Assembly (NCBI GenBank): GCA_002506755.1 | Contig: DAYD01000008.1 | Coordinates: 2,151-66,150 of the forward strand | Origin: Euryarchaeota archaeon UBA462 | GTDB lineage: Archaea; Thermoplasmatota; Poseidoniia; Poseidoniales; Thalassarchaeaceae | Reading direction: 5' to 3' | DNA length: 64,000 bases | Shown: piece by piece, positions 24,695-34,302 of the stretch | Numbering within the stretch: the first letter of the stretch is position 1 | Layout: each line of letters begins with the position of its first letter | Notes under the pieces: generated by a model | The model's database searches: none | Told to the model about the DNA's origin: nothing | What the model saw: only the letters and a program-made list of their open reading frames with translations | Position numbers and translations under genes: made by a program

Positions 24695-27600
24695 CTAAAT
24701 CTTGAATCCGTCGTTGTCTACTGAGTCGTCGACCCCAGCAAACCTGACCTGGCCCTCCGCATCAACAAACTGTCCTGCTTTGACCGATGGCCCATAGAGG
24801 GAGGATTCTGTTGAGGATGTTCTGGATAGCATACTCTCTCCCAGAGCCCTGTTCATTCTCCCAATCATAGATTGGAAAATCTGTATGGCCCTATCTCTCT
24901 CCTCGGAGCCGATGTCATGGTCTGAATATCTAGCCTCTTCAAAGATCGTGAAGAAGCCATCGATCTCCTCGGGAGGAACAATTCCTCCAAGCATCTTGTT
25001 GATAACATCCTCAAACTCTCTGGTTGTCTCAAAGACCTTTTTCATAGCCCCCCTCATTCTAAAGTACTTTATGAGGTCCTTATAGCACGAGAAAATAGCC
25101 TCGATGTAATTATTTGAGGCCTTTAGTGACATTAGAGCGTCTGTTAGAATTCCTCTCAGGACCTCCACCTTCCTTCGTTCTCGATAGTTGTTGTACATGA
25201 TTGTCCCCACCAAGACCATGGCCGAGAGTGCGATTCCTGAAATTACCATAACTTGTGTGGTTAGGAAACTTGCTTTGGCATCAACTTCGGGATTTCCTTG
25301 AGATATCGAAGGCGTACTGTTAAGCCATTGTTCCACGAAATAGGGCTGATTCTCATCAGCAGACTCGAAGTGGACTAGGACCCTCCACCTCCCATCAGGC
25401 GCGCTCCACTCTGGATGTCCGGGTATTTCTTCTCCTGTGTATTGGAAAGAGAAGTTTGCCGAGCCTCTCTCATTTGTAATCAGGATCTCGACTCTTTCCG
25501 TCTGCCACCCTGAACCGTTCCAGAACTGTCTATGGAACTCCACTCTCTGACCCTCCACTGTAAGGTCTAGCCTGTCCCTTAGAATAGCAACCTCCCCCTC
25601 GATGATTTCTCCTTCAAGATATCCCGTTGGGCTCGCCCAGTGCTCTTTCAGTAAGATGTCGACTTTACTTCTTACCAGAACTTCAACATCCATGAAAGAG
25701 CTATTCAATACTGGATTGGGCTCTAGTGCCTCATAGTCGCATCCTCCAGGTATGTACTTCTCCGGTTCGTATGCTACCCTTACTGTTCTAAAGCCCTCTA
25801 GTTTGTTTCCGCTAGGTTCGACACCACGTCTGCTAGGGTTGTCATCGGGATCGGCTGAGTACCAAATGAATTGTCCTGTTCCGTCTGCTGTAAATGCCGT
25901 AGCGATAGGTCGAGTGTTCACATCTGGGTCTAGATATATGTTGACGCACTTCCCCCCCACCGGCTTACCATTGGACTGGGAGAGCTTGGCATTGATGTGG
26001 AAGGCCTCCTTGAGATAGAGGACCTGAAAGTCTGAACCATTAGGGAAAGTGTACGTTAGGTAGTCAGATCTGAATGGGCCGACCTCTGATACCTCTAGGG
26101 TTGAGTTAGAAAAGACAGGGAAGAACATTACTTGTGTCTTATTCTTATATCTGTACCTGTCATTGTTGAGAGTGTCCCAAGCATTGTATTCAACATTGAC
26201 CTTGGCAGTTCCAGCGTCTACACCCGAAATGGGGCAGTTTATTTCGAATAGTCCGTTTTCATCTGTTGCCCCGGGGATGCATGCTCCAATACCATCGTCT
26301 CCTGCCCGGAACTTCATTCTGTTTTCTATCGGATCAAAAATCATCGATCCCATCTCATAGGTAACCCGGATTTGTCTACTGGAAAGGTTTCCACCAAGTT
26401 CGTCTGTGAGTTGACCGGTGACAATCATCGGCTTCTCGAGGATAAGTCCAGTATCAGGGTCAATCTCAGATGTGTAGACTATCTGCTGATCGACATCCAG
26501 TTTGGTGTTGCCGATGAGGCTGAACCCATCCACTTGGAATTGCAGGACCTTCCTAAAGTGGTCGCTGTTCAGTATTGTGACACATGGGTCCCACGCGCCG
26601 GATGTAGTAAGCATCTCTGAAGTAACTGGCCCGCATCCTTCGTGGGGGAGGTTTTCCTCGAATCTAATGATGACATTGACCGGGCCAAATCCGTCGGGCA
26701 AGTATGAGAAGGGGTCGTCTTTCAGGAGCTGGGGATCTAGGGTAGTTTTGAAGTCAATCTTCCCATCCTTTGGGCATGTCCTGTTCACTATCTGCCTGTG
26801 AGTCCTATCCTCGAAATCTACACCCTCGAAGATTATTGTCACGTTTCCTCCTAGGTCATATCCATCTTGGTTCTGGATTGGAGCACAACCCATGTTTTCG
26901 CCCAAAGTAGTGAGTACGGCGCCCCCAACATCTTTCTCAAATGGAGTCTTGTTGTCATCCAGAACAACCGCAGATAGTCGCCAATCATCCCCATTATAGG
27001 CAACGTTGGGCCCAGCACTACTTAGGCTGATATATGTCCTTGATACAACCCATAGACTGACTTCGGCCGAGTTCCCTTGTCTAAGGCTGTCTCCCATGTA
27101 GGTAAATCCTAGTGAGAAGTTTCCGAGTGTGTCTATGTCGGTCAGATTGACCTTGAAAACACCATTGTTGTCAGTTATTGCCACTCCGCTAGTCAGATCC
27201 CCGGACCATGTCCAGTTTACGGGGACTTCGCGCACAGGTTGGAATGCATTGTCGATCAGACGGGCTTCAACGGTAGTGTTCTGGCCCCTGTAAAGGCGTG
27301 GAAGGGAGTTCAATTGGAAGTCAGTGGTCCCAATGACGGTAACGTTTCCATATGCTCCTGTGGCAGCGAGTACCTGTTCTTGCTCTCCTGTGAAGTAGTA
27401 GTCTGACAAGGTGAAGTCGGCCTTTACTCCAAATGTTCCTGCTGGGTACTGGGAGAACCATGTCCAGTTGTAGTCGAATGTTGCTAGTCCCTCGACCATG
27501 TTTGGTCTTCTGGAGTATGCCGTCTCGAGGCTGCCAGAAAAGACACCATTGTTATCGATATCCATTTGGAGGGCGATTGCGTCCTGGGTCCAAGGTACGA

Positions 27601-30600
27601 AGGTTCGATTCCACACGTTTCCGACTACTCTTATGGTCTCTCCAGTGAACATCTCTGGGACTATTTCACACCTTACCTCACTGTTCGGAACTAACGGATC
27701 GACGGGACCACATGGAGGCGAGTCGAAGTCAGCACCATTCTGCATGGTGATTGTCCAATGTGTACCGTTAGAGGAAAGGAATCCAGTAAGAGCGCCGCCC
27801 GCTATACCGTTCAACCCTGAGGGAGTCCCATCCCATAGGATCGGATACGACTTGCCTAGGCTTGCATCTGAGAAAGTTGTTCCTGCATTTGCCAGAGAAG
27901 GTGCATGGAACAGTGCCCTCCATGCTCCGAAGGAAGAGCCGGTGAACTGTGTAGCATCCCAGAAGTAGACGGGTCTGAAGGATGAAACGTACATTTCCGC
28001 TTCTACGTACATCCTATGCATTGCTCTGATGTAGAATGTGTCAGTCTTAGAGCCCTCTAGATGGGCCCATGGCCATTCATATTCGTCGTCTAAGCATCCA
28101 CCTAGATCAGGTCTGGAGAATCCGATGAAGCTGTAATCACCAACTGGTAGTGTTGTATTTCTGTATTCATAAGTGCCGAGGACAGAATGTGATCCAGTTG
28201 GATTATTCGTAGAGCAAGGGTTCCAGTTTATTTCCTCATACCCCCCGGTTGGAATTCCCTCACCGTTGTTTAGTAGTGAGTTCCACTGAACTTGCTCCCA
28301 CCGATCCAATGATTGGTTATAGGCCAATGAAACCCAACCGCCAGAGTCAGCTCTGTAACCGTTTCCATAACCGTCGTAAACAGTAGGGTGGGTGATGTTT
28401 CCAAATTGGGTTCCAGAATCGCTAATTGTGAAAGAAACTGGCGCAAAGGGTATCCTGTTGTCGAATATTCCTCTGTTATAATCGGCTGTGTAGTGTACCT
28501 TGAAGTCGAGCTTCAAGGGTTGTTCGTCAGCTCTGAATCTTTGACCTGAAACGAATCCTATTGTTGTGTTGGCCCTTACTTCAACCGGAAAGCCGGTGTC
28601 ACCCAGGCCATCCCCATCCGTGTCTTCAAGAGTAGAGCTGTAGTCGTGTACAAACATCTCAGTGACCTCAGAGTAAACCTCGTAAGTTGTATTGGGCCCA
28701 ACCTGGATATCCTCCGGGAATAGGAATTGACCGACGACGTAATCCCCATTGGAATCAGTTAGTACGTCTATCGTCTCAATGACTGAGGTGCCATTTTCAA
28801 TGTAGCGAATGTGTACCTGGACTGGAATGTCGGGAGCGGGGACGAAGCCCGTATCATCTAACCAGAAAACAGTTCCATTAAAAATTGAAGGTCTGTTTTC
28901 GTCCAGCCATAATATTGGTTGGGTGGATAGTGTAATCCTAGTCGGAATTTTGTCATCGTCGTCTAGCACTCCGTTATTATCAGAGTCCCAATCAGAACTA
29001 GAACCGGAAGATTCCTCGGTCTTGTTAGAAGGAATTGCCCAGCTTCCCACTGATGGATTGTTCCAGTCGAGATCCTCCCTACCATCATTATCATCGTCGA
29101 CGTCGAAGTAGTCTGGTCCAGTCGAGTTGTTTGTTGGATTTGCTATACCGACCCCTCCTCCAAAGTCGTCGTGATCCCATGGATTGGTCGATTCCATTCC
29201 AAACCTCGAAGGCCAAAGCATCACCTCGTCCTCATCCTTCATGCCATCGTAATCGTCGTCTTCATCTATGTCGTCTCTGATTCCATCATTGTCATGATCC
29301 CATGGAGCTATGGGGAAGTTGAGGCAACACACATCGTCGAATGCGTCAGCAGTTCCCTGGTGATCGATCAGGTTCTGAAGCTCGAGAGAGTTGGGTATTC
29401 CGTCTCCATCCCAATCATCGTCCGCCCAGTTCACTATCCCGTCATTGTCGTGGTCCCAAGTGCTCTGTTCCTCACCTGTGAAGCATCCAGGGAAAAGTTC
29501 CTGGGCTGCATCCGAGACTCCGTTGTTGTCATCGTCTGGATCTTCCCCATCCGGGACCCCGTCATTGTCATTGTCGACATCGTAATACTCCGGGAAAAGA
29601 AGGGCCTGCCCCAAGACTCCTTTGTCCCATACCGATTGATAAATTCCGTCTCCATCAGGATCCGTGTCCAGACCATCATCATCTGCATCCTCGCAATTGT
29701 CGCCTACAAAGTAGAAAGGCTCGTTTACTGGAGGATTAAAGGAATCAGGGTCATCATCGTCTAAGTCACTATTAGAGTCCACTTCAAGGAAGTCCCAGAC
29801 CCCATTATTGTTGTCGTCGACATCGAAGTGATCGTACACAATATCCCAATCATCATCCAAGTCATTGGTATTGTTGAACATGCAGTTGGGAGTCCATGAG
29901 AAATCGGGAATGGGTTGTCCGCAGTCAATATCTGGATCCACATCATCATTTAGCAGGTCGCCAATTTCGTCTGGGAAGAAGTTGTTGTTTACATCTGAGG
30001 TCCACTGGAAAAGGTTTCCACCATTCTGTCCGATCCCAATGTAAGTTATCCAGAGATCTCTGTTGTTCCTCATTTCTTGATAGCTGACTGCCGATGACGG
30101 GGTTGGATTGCTAGTTGGATCGAAAGTAAACCAGTAGCAGTTAGATATGCAGCTAAATTCGCCATTTGGATGGTTGGATCCGTCATATGCGCCATCATCC
30201 CATTCTGGATCAGGACGAGTGCTATAGGGGACCGAAAATACGTTACCTCCCGTCTGAGTGGGCGTTAGGAGTGGTACTTTGAATAGGAATGCATACTGTA
30301 ATCCACACCACCTCTCTTGAATAGGACTGAAGATTATTGTTCCACAAGAGTTTCGGTCTAGAGACCCGCCCATCTTTACATCATCTACATCTAGGATACC
30401 GTCGTTGCCCTCGTCTTGGTCCCACCAGTCTGGAAGGCCATCCCCATCCTGATCTATGTCGATTCCGTTTACTAGTGAGTCTCCATCTGTGTCGATATCG
30501 AAGAAGTTGTCTCCGTTGTATGGGCTCCACTTCATCATTAGGAACCAGTACATCTCTGGTATGGTTCCCTCTATTGGTGGAAATGAGCTGTCATCGTACC

Positions 30601-32617
30601 CATTGTAGTCTAGCATGAAGCTATTATCAAAGTTGAATGGATTGAAACCCCATGTTATATTCCAGTAATAGTTGTCAACAGCCGCATAAGCCGCACTATC
30701 CTCGGAGCCGTCTATAGCATCGCCGTCTGATTGTGGCCAGCTATTTCCAAAGAAATTGTCAGTATTGTCAGAATCCACAATTCCGCAGTTACCATCATCT
30801 GGATCGAAGAAGTCGTTTATTCCGTCGTTGTCGTCGTCCCAGTCTTCATCGTTCTGGAGCCCGTCTCCATCCACGTCCGTGTCGATATCGTTAGGCCCAT
30901 CATCCCTGAACATAGAACCATTAAGTTCGTGAAGATAAGCATCGTTATCCAAATCGCAGTCAGGATCGATATCCAACCAGTCGAGAATGCCATCGTTATC
31001 ATCATCCACGTCGACCCAATTGTTCACCCCGTCGCCATCCCAGTCGTTGAAACCAGTGTAGGAAGTTCTCCAGAGAATGCAATTATCGCTTGGGTTCTGC
31101 GGGTTTGGGTTCTCCAATGTGGCACAGTCCCAGGAGGCTACCTCAGCCGAGTCATTGAGCGGGTATGGGTCGTCCTCATTCTTCAGGCCATCATTATCTA
31201 GGTCCCACGGGGTAGCTTCCCAGACTGGATTGTCCGGCCTCTCGGTTCCACCCATATCAGTATCTAGCCAATCCCAGACCATATCGTAGTCAGCATCGAT
31301 GGCTCTGAAACGATCATCGTCCAGGTCCCCGTCGTAGTCTATCTCACAATCTTCTCCCGGAGTCTCTATAGCCACTGAAAACCCATTAAATGCTTCGAGG
31401 GGATAGTCCCCCTGACCATCAGAATTAGTATCCAGCTGTCGGCATTCGTCAGGAATTCCGTCATTGTCATCATCCACATCATACATGTCTGCTAGGCCAT
31501 CATTATCGTCATCAGTATCCGAAGAGTCTGGTGATCCGTCGTTGTCATTGTCCGGATCAAGGAAATTTGGTATTCCATCACCGTCAAGGTCCCCATCGAA
31601 AATTTCAGTGAAGCTCTGCTCTCTTGGGTGCTCAAGAGCATGGAGCTCAACGTAATCAAGTCCATCGACATATTGCGAATAGTTAGTGGCATTCCACCTT
31701 ACGGCAGTATCCCATAGTATGCCTTGTGCCGTTGAAATCTGTGATGTCTGAGTGGAGTCCCAAGGATGGATGTCATTGATATCGAGTACTCCGTCACCAT
31801 CATCGTCGTCGTCGAAATAGTCCTGTATACCATCTGAATCGAAGTCACATGGCCATATGAATTGGTCAATTCTTCCGTCATTATCATCGTCCTCGTCATA
31901 TGATCCCCTCCCTGAACCGTCTATGTCCTCATCGGTTATTCCATCGTTATCGTGATCCATTGGATTTTGGTCCACTAGATAGCCAAAACCTACCGGTCCT
32001 CCGGTCCATGGATGGACCGCATTTGGATCGACATGCCTGTCAGATGTGACGTTCCATGGATCGTTTCCCTGATCATAGTCTATTGGTCCCTCTAGGATTC
32101 CGTCGTTGTCATCGTCCCAGTCGAATTCATCCTGAATGCCGTCGTTGTCGTGATCATATGGGTCAGTCCCATAGCATCCATCAAACCTTTCGATTAGGTC
32201 GTTTATACCGTCGTTGTCATCGTCTAGGTCGTCAAGGTCGTTTATACCGTCGTTGTCGTGATCATCGGTGTTTGTCTCCTCTAGAAAGAAGCCGTAGCTA
32301 GGGTCTAAACCCAGGGCAGAAAGGTCCGAGACCTTTCCATAAACGGAAGCTGCATCATTGTAAAACGGGCTGAATGCCGGGTTCTGAAATGGGTTTGTAG
32401 TAGCCGGTTGATACTGCCCGTCTCCTTGGACAGGTGCGGAGACCTGCCCCATTTGAGGGTATGCAGTTCTCTTAGAAGGCTCAATGCTTTCCTCTTCTTC
32501 GACAGGATCGCTGGTCTTTTCGAAAATCATGAGTTGTGTGCTCAATATCATCAAAGTGACTAATGTGATCGCCGGTAAAACCCCCTTAGTTTCCTTTCTC
32601 CCTTCATTTTCACTCAT
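24695..32617 (-). CDS. Giant (2640 aa) membrane-anchored surface protein: >=30 thrombospondin-type-3-like Ca-binding repeats, several beta-sandwich modules, C-terminal TM helix and a cytosolic DUF4129-like domain
   Basis: N-terminal hydrophobic segment LPAITLVTLMILSTQLMIF. D-x-D-x-D-G-x-x-D-x-x-D repeats (DHDNDGINDLDD, DDDNDGILDWLD, WDHDNDGIRDDID ...). Later modules carry T(D/N)xxGxF (TDSNGDYVV, TDNNGVFKV, TDENGLFEI, ADGTGQFIW). TM helix VISGIALSAMVLVGTIMY. The tail contains FTIFEEARYSDHDIGSEERD. Confidence 0.9.
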   Translation of the reverse strand: MSENEGRKETKGVLPAITLVTLMILSTQLMIFEKTSDPVEEEESIEPSKRTAYPQMGQVSAPVQGDGQYQPATTNPFQNPAFSPFYNDAASVYGKVSDLSALGLDPSYGFFLEETNTDDHDNDGINDLDDLDDDNDGINDLIERFDGCYGTDPYDHDNDGIQDEFDWDDDNDGILEGPIDYDQGNDPWNVTSDRHVDPNAVHPWTGGPVGFGYLVDQNPMDHDNDGITDEDIDGSGRGSYDEDDDNDGRIDQFIWPCDFDSDGIQDYFDDDDDGDGVLDINDIHPWDSTQTSQISTAQGILWDTAVRWNATNYSQYVDGLDYVELHALEHPREQSFTEIFDGDLDGDGIPNFLDPDNDNDGSPDSSDTDDDNDGLADMYDVDDDNDGIPDECRQLDTNSDGQGDYPLEAFNGFSVAIETPGEDCEIDYDGDLDDDRFRAIDADYDMVWDWLDTDMGGTERPDNPVWEATPWDLDNDGLKNEDDPYPLNDSAEVASWDCATLENPNPQNPSDNCILWRTSYTGFNDWDGDGVNNWVDVDDDNDGILDWLDIDPDCDLDNDAYLHELNGSMFRDDGPNDIDTDVDGDGLQNDEDWDDDNDGINDFFDPDDGNCGIVDSDNTDNFFGNSWPQSDGDAIDGSEDSAAYAAVDNYYWNITWGFNPFNFDNSFMLDYNGYDDSSFPPIEGTIPEMYWFLMMKWSPYNGDNFFDIDTDGDSLVNGIDIDQDGDGLPDWWDQDEGNDGILDVDDVKMGGSLDRNSCGTIIFSPIQERWCGLQYAFLFKVPLLTPTQTGGNVFSVPYSTRPDPEWDDGAYDGSNHPNGEFSCISNCYWFTFDPTSNPTPSSAVSYQEMRNNRDLWITYIGIGQNGGNLFQWTSDVNNNFFPDEIGDLLNDDVDPDIDCGQPIPDFSWTPNCMFNNTNDLDDDWDIVYDHFDVDDNNNGVWDFLEVDSNSDLDDDDPDSFNPPVNEPFYFVGDNCEDADDDGLDTDPDGDGIYQSVWDKGVLGQALLFPEYYDVDNDNDGVPDGEDPDDDNNGVSDAAQELFPGCFTGEEQSTWDHDNDGIVNWADDDWDGDGIPNSLELQNLIDHQGTADAFDDVCCLNFPIAPWDHDNDGIRDDIDEDDDYDGMKDEDEVMLWPSRFGMESTNPWDHDDFGGGVGIANPTNNSTGPDYFDVDDDNDGREDLDWNNPSVGSWAIPSNKTEESSGSSSDWDSDNNGVLDDDDKIPTRITLSTQPILWLDENRPSIFNGTVFWLDDTGFVPAPDIPVQVHIRYIENGTSVIETIDVLTDSNGDYVVGQFLFPEDIQVGPNTTYEVYSEVTEMFVHDYSSTLEDTDGDGLGDTGFPVEVRANTTIGFVSGQRFRADEQPLKLDFKVHYTADYNRGIFDNRIPFAPVSFTISDSGTQFGNITHPTVYDGYGNGYRADSGGWVSLAYNQSLDRWEQVQWNSLLNNGEGIPTGGYEEINWNPCSTNNPTGSHSVLGTYEYRNTTLPVGDYSFIGFSRPDLGGCLDDEYEWPWAHLEGSKTDTFYIRAMHRMYVEAEMYVSSFRPVYFWDATQFTGSSFGAWRALFHAPSLANAGTTFSDASLGKSYPILWDGTPSGLNGIAGGALTGFLSSNGTHWTITMQNGADFDSPPCGPVDPLVPNSEVRCEIVPEMFTGETIRVVGNVWNRTFVPWTQDAIALQMDIDNNGVFSGSLETAYSRRPNMVEGLATFDYNWTWFSQYPAGTFGVKADFTLSDYYFTGEQEQVLAATGAYGNVTVIGTTDFQLNSLPRLYRGQNTTVEARLIDNAFQPVREVPVNWTWSGDLTSGVAITDNNGVFKVNLTDIDTLGNFSLGFTYMGDSLRQGNSAEVSLWVVSRTYISLSSAGPNVAYNGDDWRLSAVVLDDNKTPFEKDVGGAVLTTLGENMGCAPIQNQDGYDLGGNVTIIFEGVDFEDRTHRQIVNRTCPKDGKIDFKTTLDPQLLKDDPFSYLPDGFGPVNVIIRFEENLPHEGCGPVTSEMLTTSGAWDPCVTILNSDHFRKVLQFQVDGFSLIGNTKLDVDQQIVYTSEIDPDTGLILEKPMIVTGQLTDELGGNLSSRQIRVTYEMGSMIFDPIENRMKFRAGDDGIGACIPGATDENGLFEINCPISGVDAGTAKVNVEYNAWDTLNNDRYRYKNKTQVMFFPVFSNSTLEVSEVGPFRSDYLTYTFPNGSDFQVLYLKEAFHINAKLSQSNGKPVGGKCVNIYLDPDVNTRPIATAFTADGTGQFIWYSADPDDNPSRRGVEPSGNKLEGFRTVRVAYEPEKYIPGGCDYEALEPNPVLNSSFMDVEVLVRSKVDILLKEHWASPTGYLEGEIIEGEVAILRDRLDLTVEGQRVEFHRQFWNGSGWQTERVEILITNERGSANFSFQYTGEEIPGHPEWSAPDGRWRVLVHFESADENQPYFVEQWLNSTPSISQGNPEVDAKASFLTTQVMVISGIALSAMVLVGTIMYNNYRERRKVEVLRGILTDALMSLKASNNYIEAIFSCYKDLIKYFRMRGAMKKVFETTREFEDVINKMLGGIVPPEEIDGFFTIFEEARYSDHDIGSEERDRAIQIFQSMIGRMNRALGESMLSRTSSTESSLYGPSVKAGQFVDAEGQVRFAGVDDSVDNDGFKI
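28950..32270 (-). repeat. Thrombospondin-type-3-like acidic repeat region (coding repeat; approximate bounds)
   Basis: I counted about 30-33 DxDxDGxxD units by eye between residues ~117 and ~1220 of the 2640-aa protein. The DNA shows recurring gtcgttgtcatcgtc-type strings. Confidence 0.8.
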
Positions 32618-32732
32618 GGAATCCTCATCCCAGCACTGGCTAGGGTTGTTGGCATGTTCAAATACTTATGAATCGATTCCTAACAAAATCATGATTCGTA
32701 TCACAGAGCGACTCTAGTATCATACCAGATCC

Positions 32733-33167
32733 TCATCCCCTATGATAAGGAGACCCTCTGATTATTTCTGAAGCTCTGTAAAGTTGTTCCATCAGCAATG
32801 CTGCTGAAAATTCATGTGTTAAGGTTAGAGACGACAGTGCGATAAGAGAATCTGCTGATTCCTTGGCTTGCTCTGAAAATCCATTATGTGGCCCTATCGC
32901 CATGTGAGTAGTCTCTCTTCCGAGCTGTGTAGATTCTAGCCACCTTGCCAATTGCATACTAGTCATTGTCTTACCTTCTTCATCCAACAACACTAATTTA
33001 CCGGAAAGTTTTGATATTTCTTTTTCGTAATCTCTCGGATCTTTTGTGGAATCGTGAGCCTTTACGCTAATACCGACGGGACTGAGTCGTTCTTCATAAT
33101 CCCTCAGAATTGTTGCGAAGGCCCGATCTTTTGGCATTGAATCTAGATGGACGAGCACTCTTCCCAT
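32733..33167 (-). CDS. rlmH: 23S rRNA (pseudouridine-N3)-methyltransferase RlmH-like (SPOUT)
   Basis: 144 aa. The C-terminal part HMAIGPHNGFSEQAKESADSLIALSSLTLTHEFSAALLMEQLYRASEIIRGSPYHRG matches the RlmH knot region (..GG..G.......lSls.mT.pH...R..L.EQ.YRa......pYH). Confidence 0.75.
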   Translation of the reverse strand: MGRVLVHLDSMPKDRAFATILRDYEERLSPVGISVKAHDSTKDPRDYEKEISKLSGKLVLLDEEGKTMTSMQLARWLESTQLGRETTHMAIGPHNGFSEQAKESADSLIALSSLTLTHEFSAALLMEQLYRASEIIRGSPYHRG

Positions 33168-33244
33168 ACTAGCTCGTGGAGTCTATCGCACTTAGGGATT
33201 AACAAAGCATCAATACGGGTCTGCTACGACGCGCTTACAATACT

Positions 33245-33565
33245 ATGAGATGGTGGCCGTTCAGAAAGAAGAGGGAATTCGTAAGCGATAAGCTCCACAT
33301 TAAGGGGTCAAAGTTGTGGATTCAAGAGCTGCGAGAGATTTGCGAGAGGAGTTACAATCGTAGGCCTGAGGGACAAAGAGGCGTCGAGACAATGAGGTCT
33401 CAATGGAGGTTATCTCACTCAAATGGAGATATGGGGGATGCGCAATTACAGGGGCTCGAGAGAAGAGGCAAAATACTGCTGGAAGCAGATGACGAAGGTT
33501 GGAGCAACATCCTTGATGACGATAGCTTTTGGCTTGCTGGATGGGGTAGTAAAGTGGAGGATTAA
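33245..33565 (+). CDS. Hypothetical protein (106 aa)
   Basis: ATG ORF whose stop lies 1 nt before the start of the next gene (gat taa g atg). No motif recognised. Confidence 0.5.
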   Translation: MRWWPFRKKREFVSDKLHIKGSKLWIQELREICERSYNRRPEGQRGVETMRSQWRLSHSNGDMGDAQLQGLERRGKILLEADDEGWSNILDDDSFWLAGWGSKVED

Positions 33566-33566
33566 G

Positions 33567-34268
33567 ATGTTGTTTTGGATTGTTTTATTCTTTTTGTTGG
33601 GTTTGTACTCCCTGTATCTTAGTCGACTACAGCCATTTCCCGAGCAATCTAGTAGGTTTGCATGGGTTCTGCTAGCCACGGCGTTATTTCTATGGATCAC
33701 GAGCACTAGCCCTAGAGAGGCGAGTGTGGATTTACCATCTGTGGTTTCTGTTGTACTAGGCGGGGTTTTCGTTATCTTAGGAATAAGAAACATGAGTATA
33801 ACGAAGATGGATGTGATAGTGGCACCGCTAGCAGGTATTTTGTTCTGCGTCGGAGGGATCTCGTTGCTAGCGTCGAGATGGGAGTTTGCCAGCCAACCAG
33901 AGCAAATTGGATCGTTTATGCTCGCATGCCTAATGGTGCTTGTGGAGTTGTACCTGGCATTCAGAGGCTTGGTGTTGGGGATACCTGGAATTGCCTGGTC
34001 TAAATCAGGATTGAGGCAAATTCATAGAGGTTTAATTTTGGGTCCGAACGGAGCAATTTCCCACTTCGAGCGGTCTTGGGATATGGAGGAGCAATGGATA
34101 AATTCGATGAGCTACTCTGCACTGGTACTTATTCATCGTCACTTAGGAAATTCCAAAGAAGAGAAGCAGAATCTCGATGAGCTGGAAAAGTTAGGGGGTT
34201 GGGAATCAGTGGATTCGTCTTGGATTGAAGCAATAGAGAGTGGGTTGGATTCTGCAAAGAGCGCTTGA
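33567..34268 (+). CDS. Hypothetical polytopic membrane protein (~233 aa)
   Basis: The start is moved to MLFWIVLFFLLGLYSLYL, immediately after the upstream stop. At least 5 hydrophobic helices are followed by a soluble acidic tail. Confidence 0.6.
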   Translation: MLFWIVLFFLLGLYSLYLSRLQPFPEQSSRFAWVLLATALFLWITSTSPREASVDLPSVVSVVLGGVFVILGIRNMSITKMDVIVAPLAGILFCVGGISLLASRWEFASQPEQIGSFMLACLMVLVELYLAFRGLVLGIPGIAWSKSGLRQIHRGLILGPNGAISHFERSWDMEEQWINSMSYSALVLIHRHLGNSKEEKQNLDELEKLGGWESVDSSWIEAIESGLDSAKSA

Positions 34269-34302
34269 GTACGATTGAAAGCGAGAACCCCCTCGGAAGT
34301 TT

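Noticed and set aside
28950-32270. Highly repetitive DNA that could be mistaken for a CRISPR array or satellite.
   Set aside because: The repeats are in-frame codon repeats for DxDxDG units, with variable length and sequence. There is no repeat-spacer regularity and there are no cas genes.
24885-32301. Plus-strand and off-frame minus-strand ORFs inside the 2640-aa gene (e.g. 29171-29764, 27498-27968, 30731-31201).
   Set aside because: These are antisense or off-frame shadows of the Asp-rich repeat region. Their translations are I/V/R-rich with no domain features, and they are fully contained in a well-supported long CDS.
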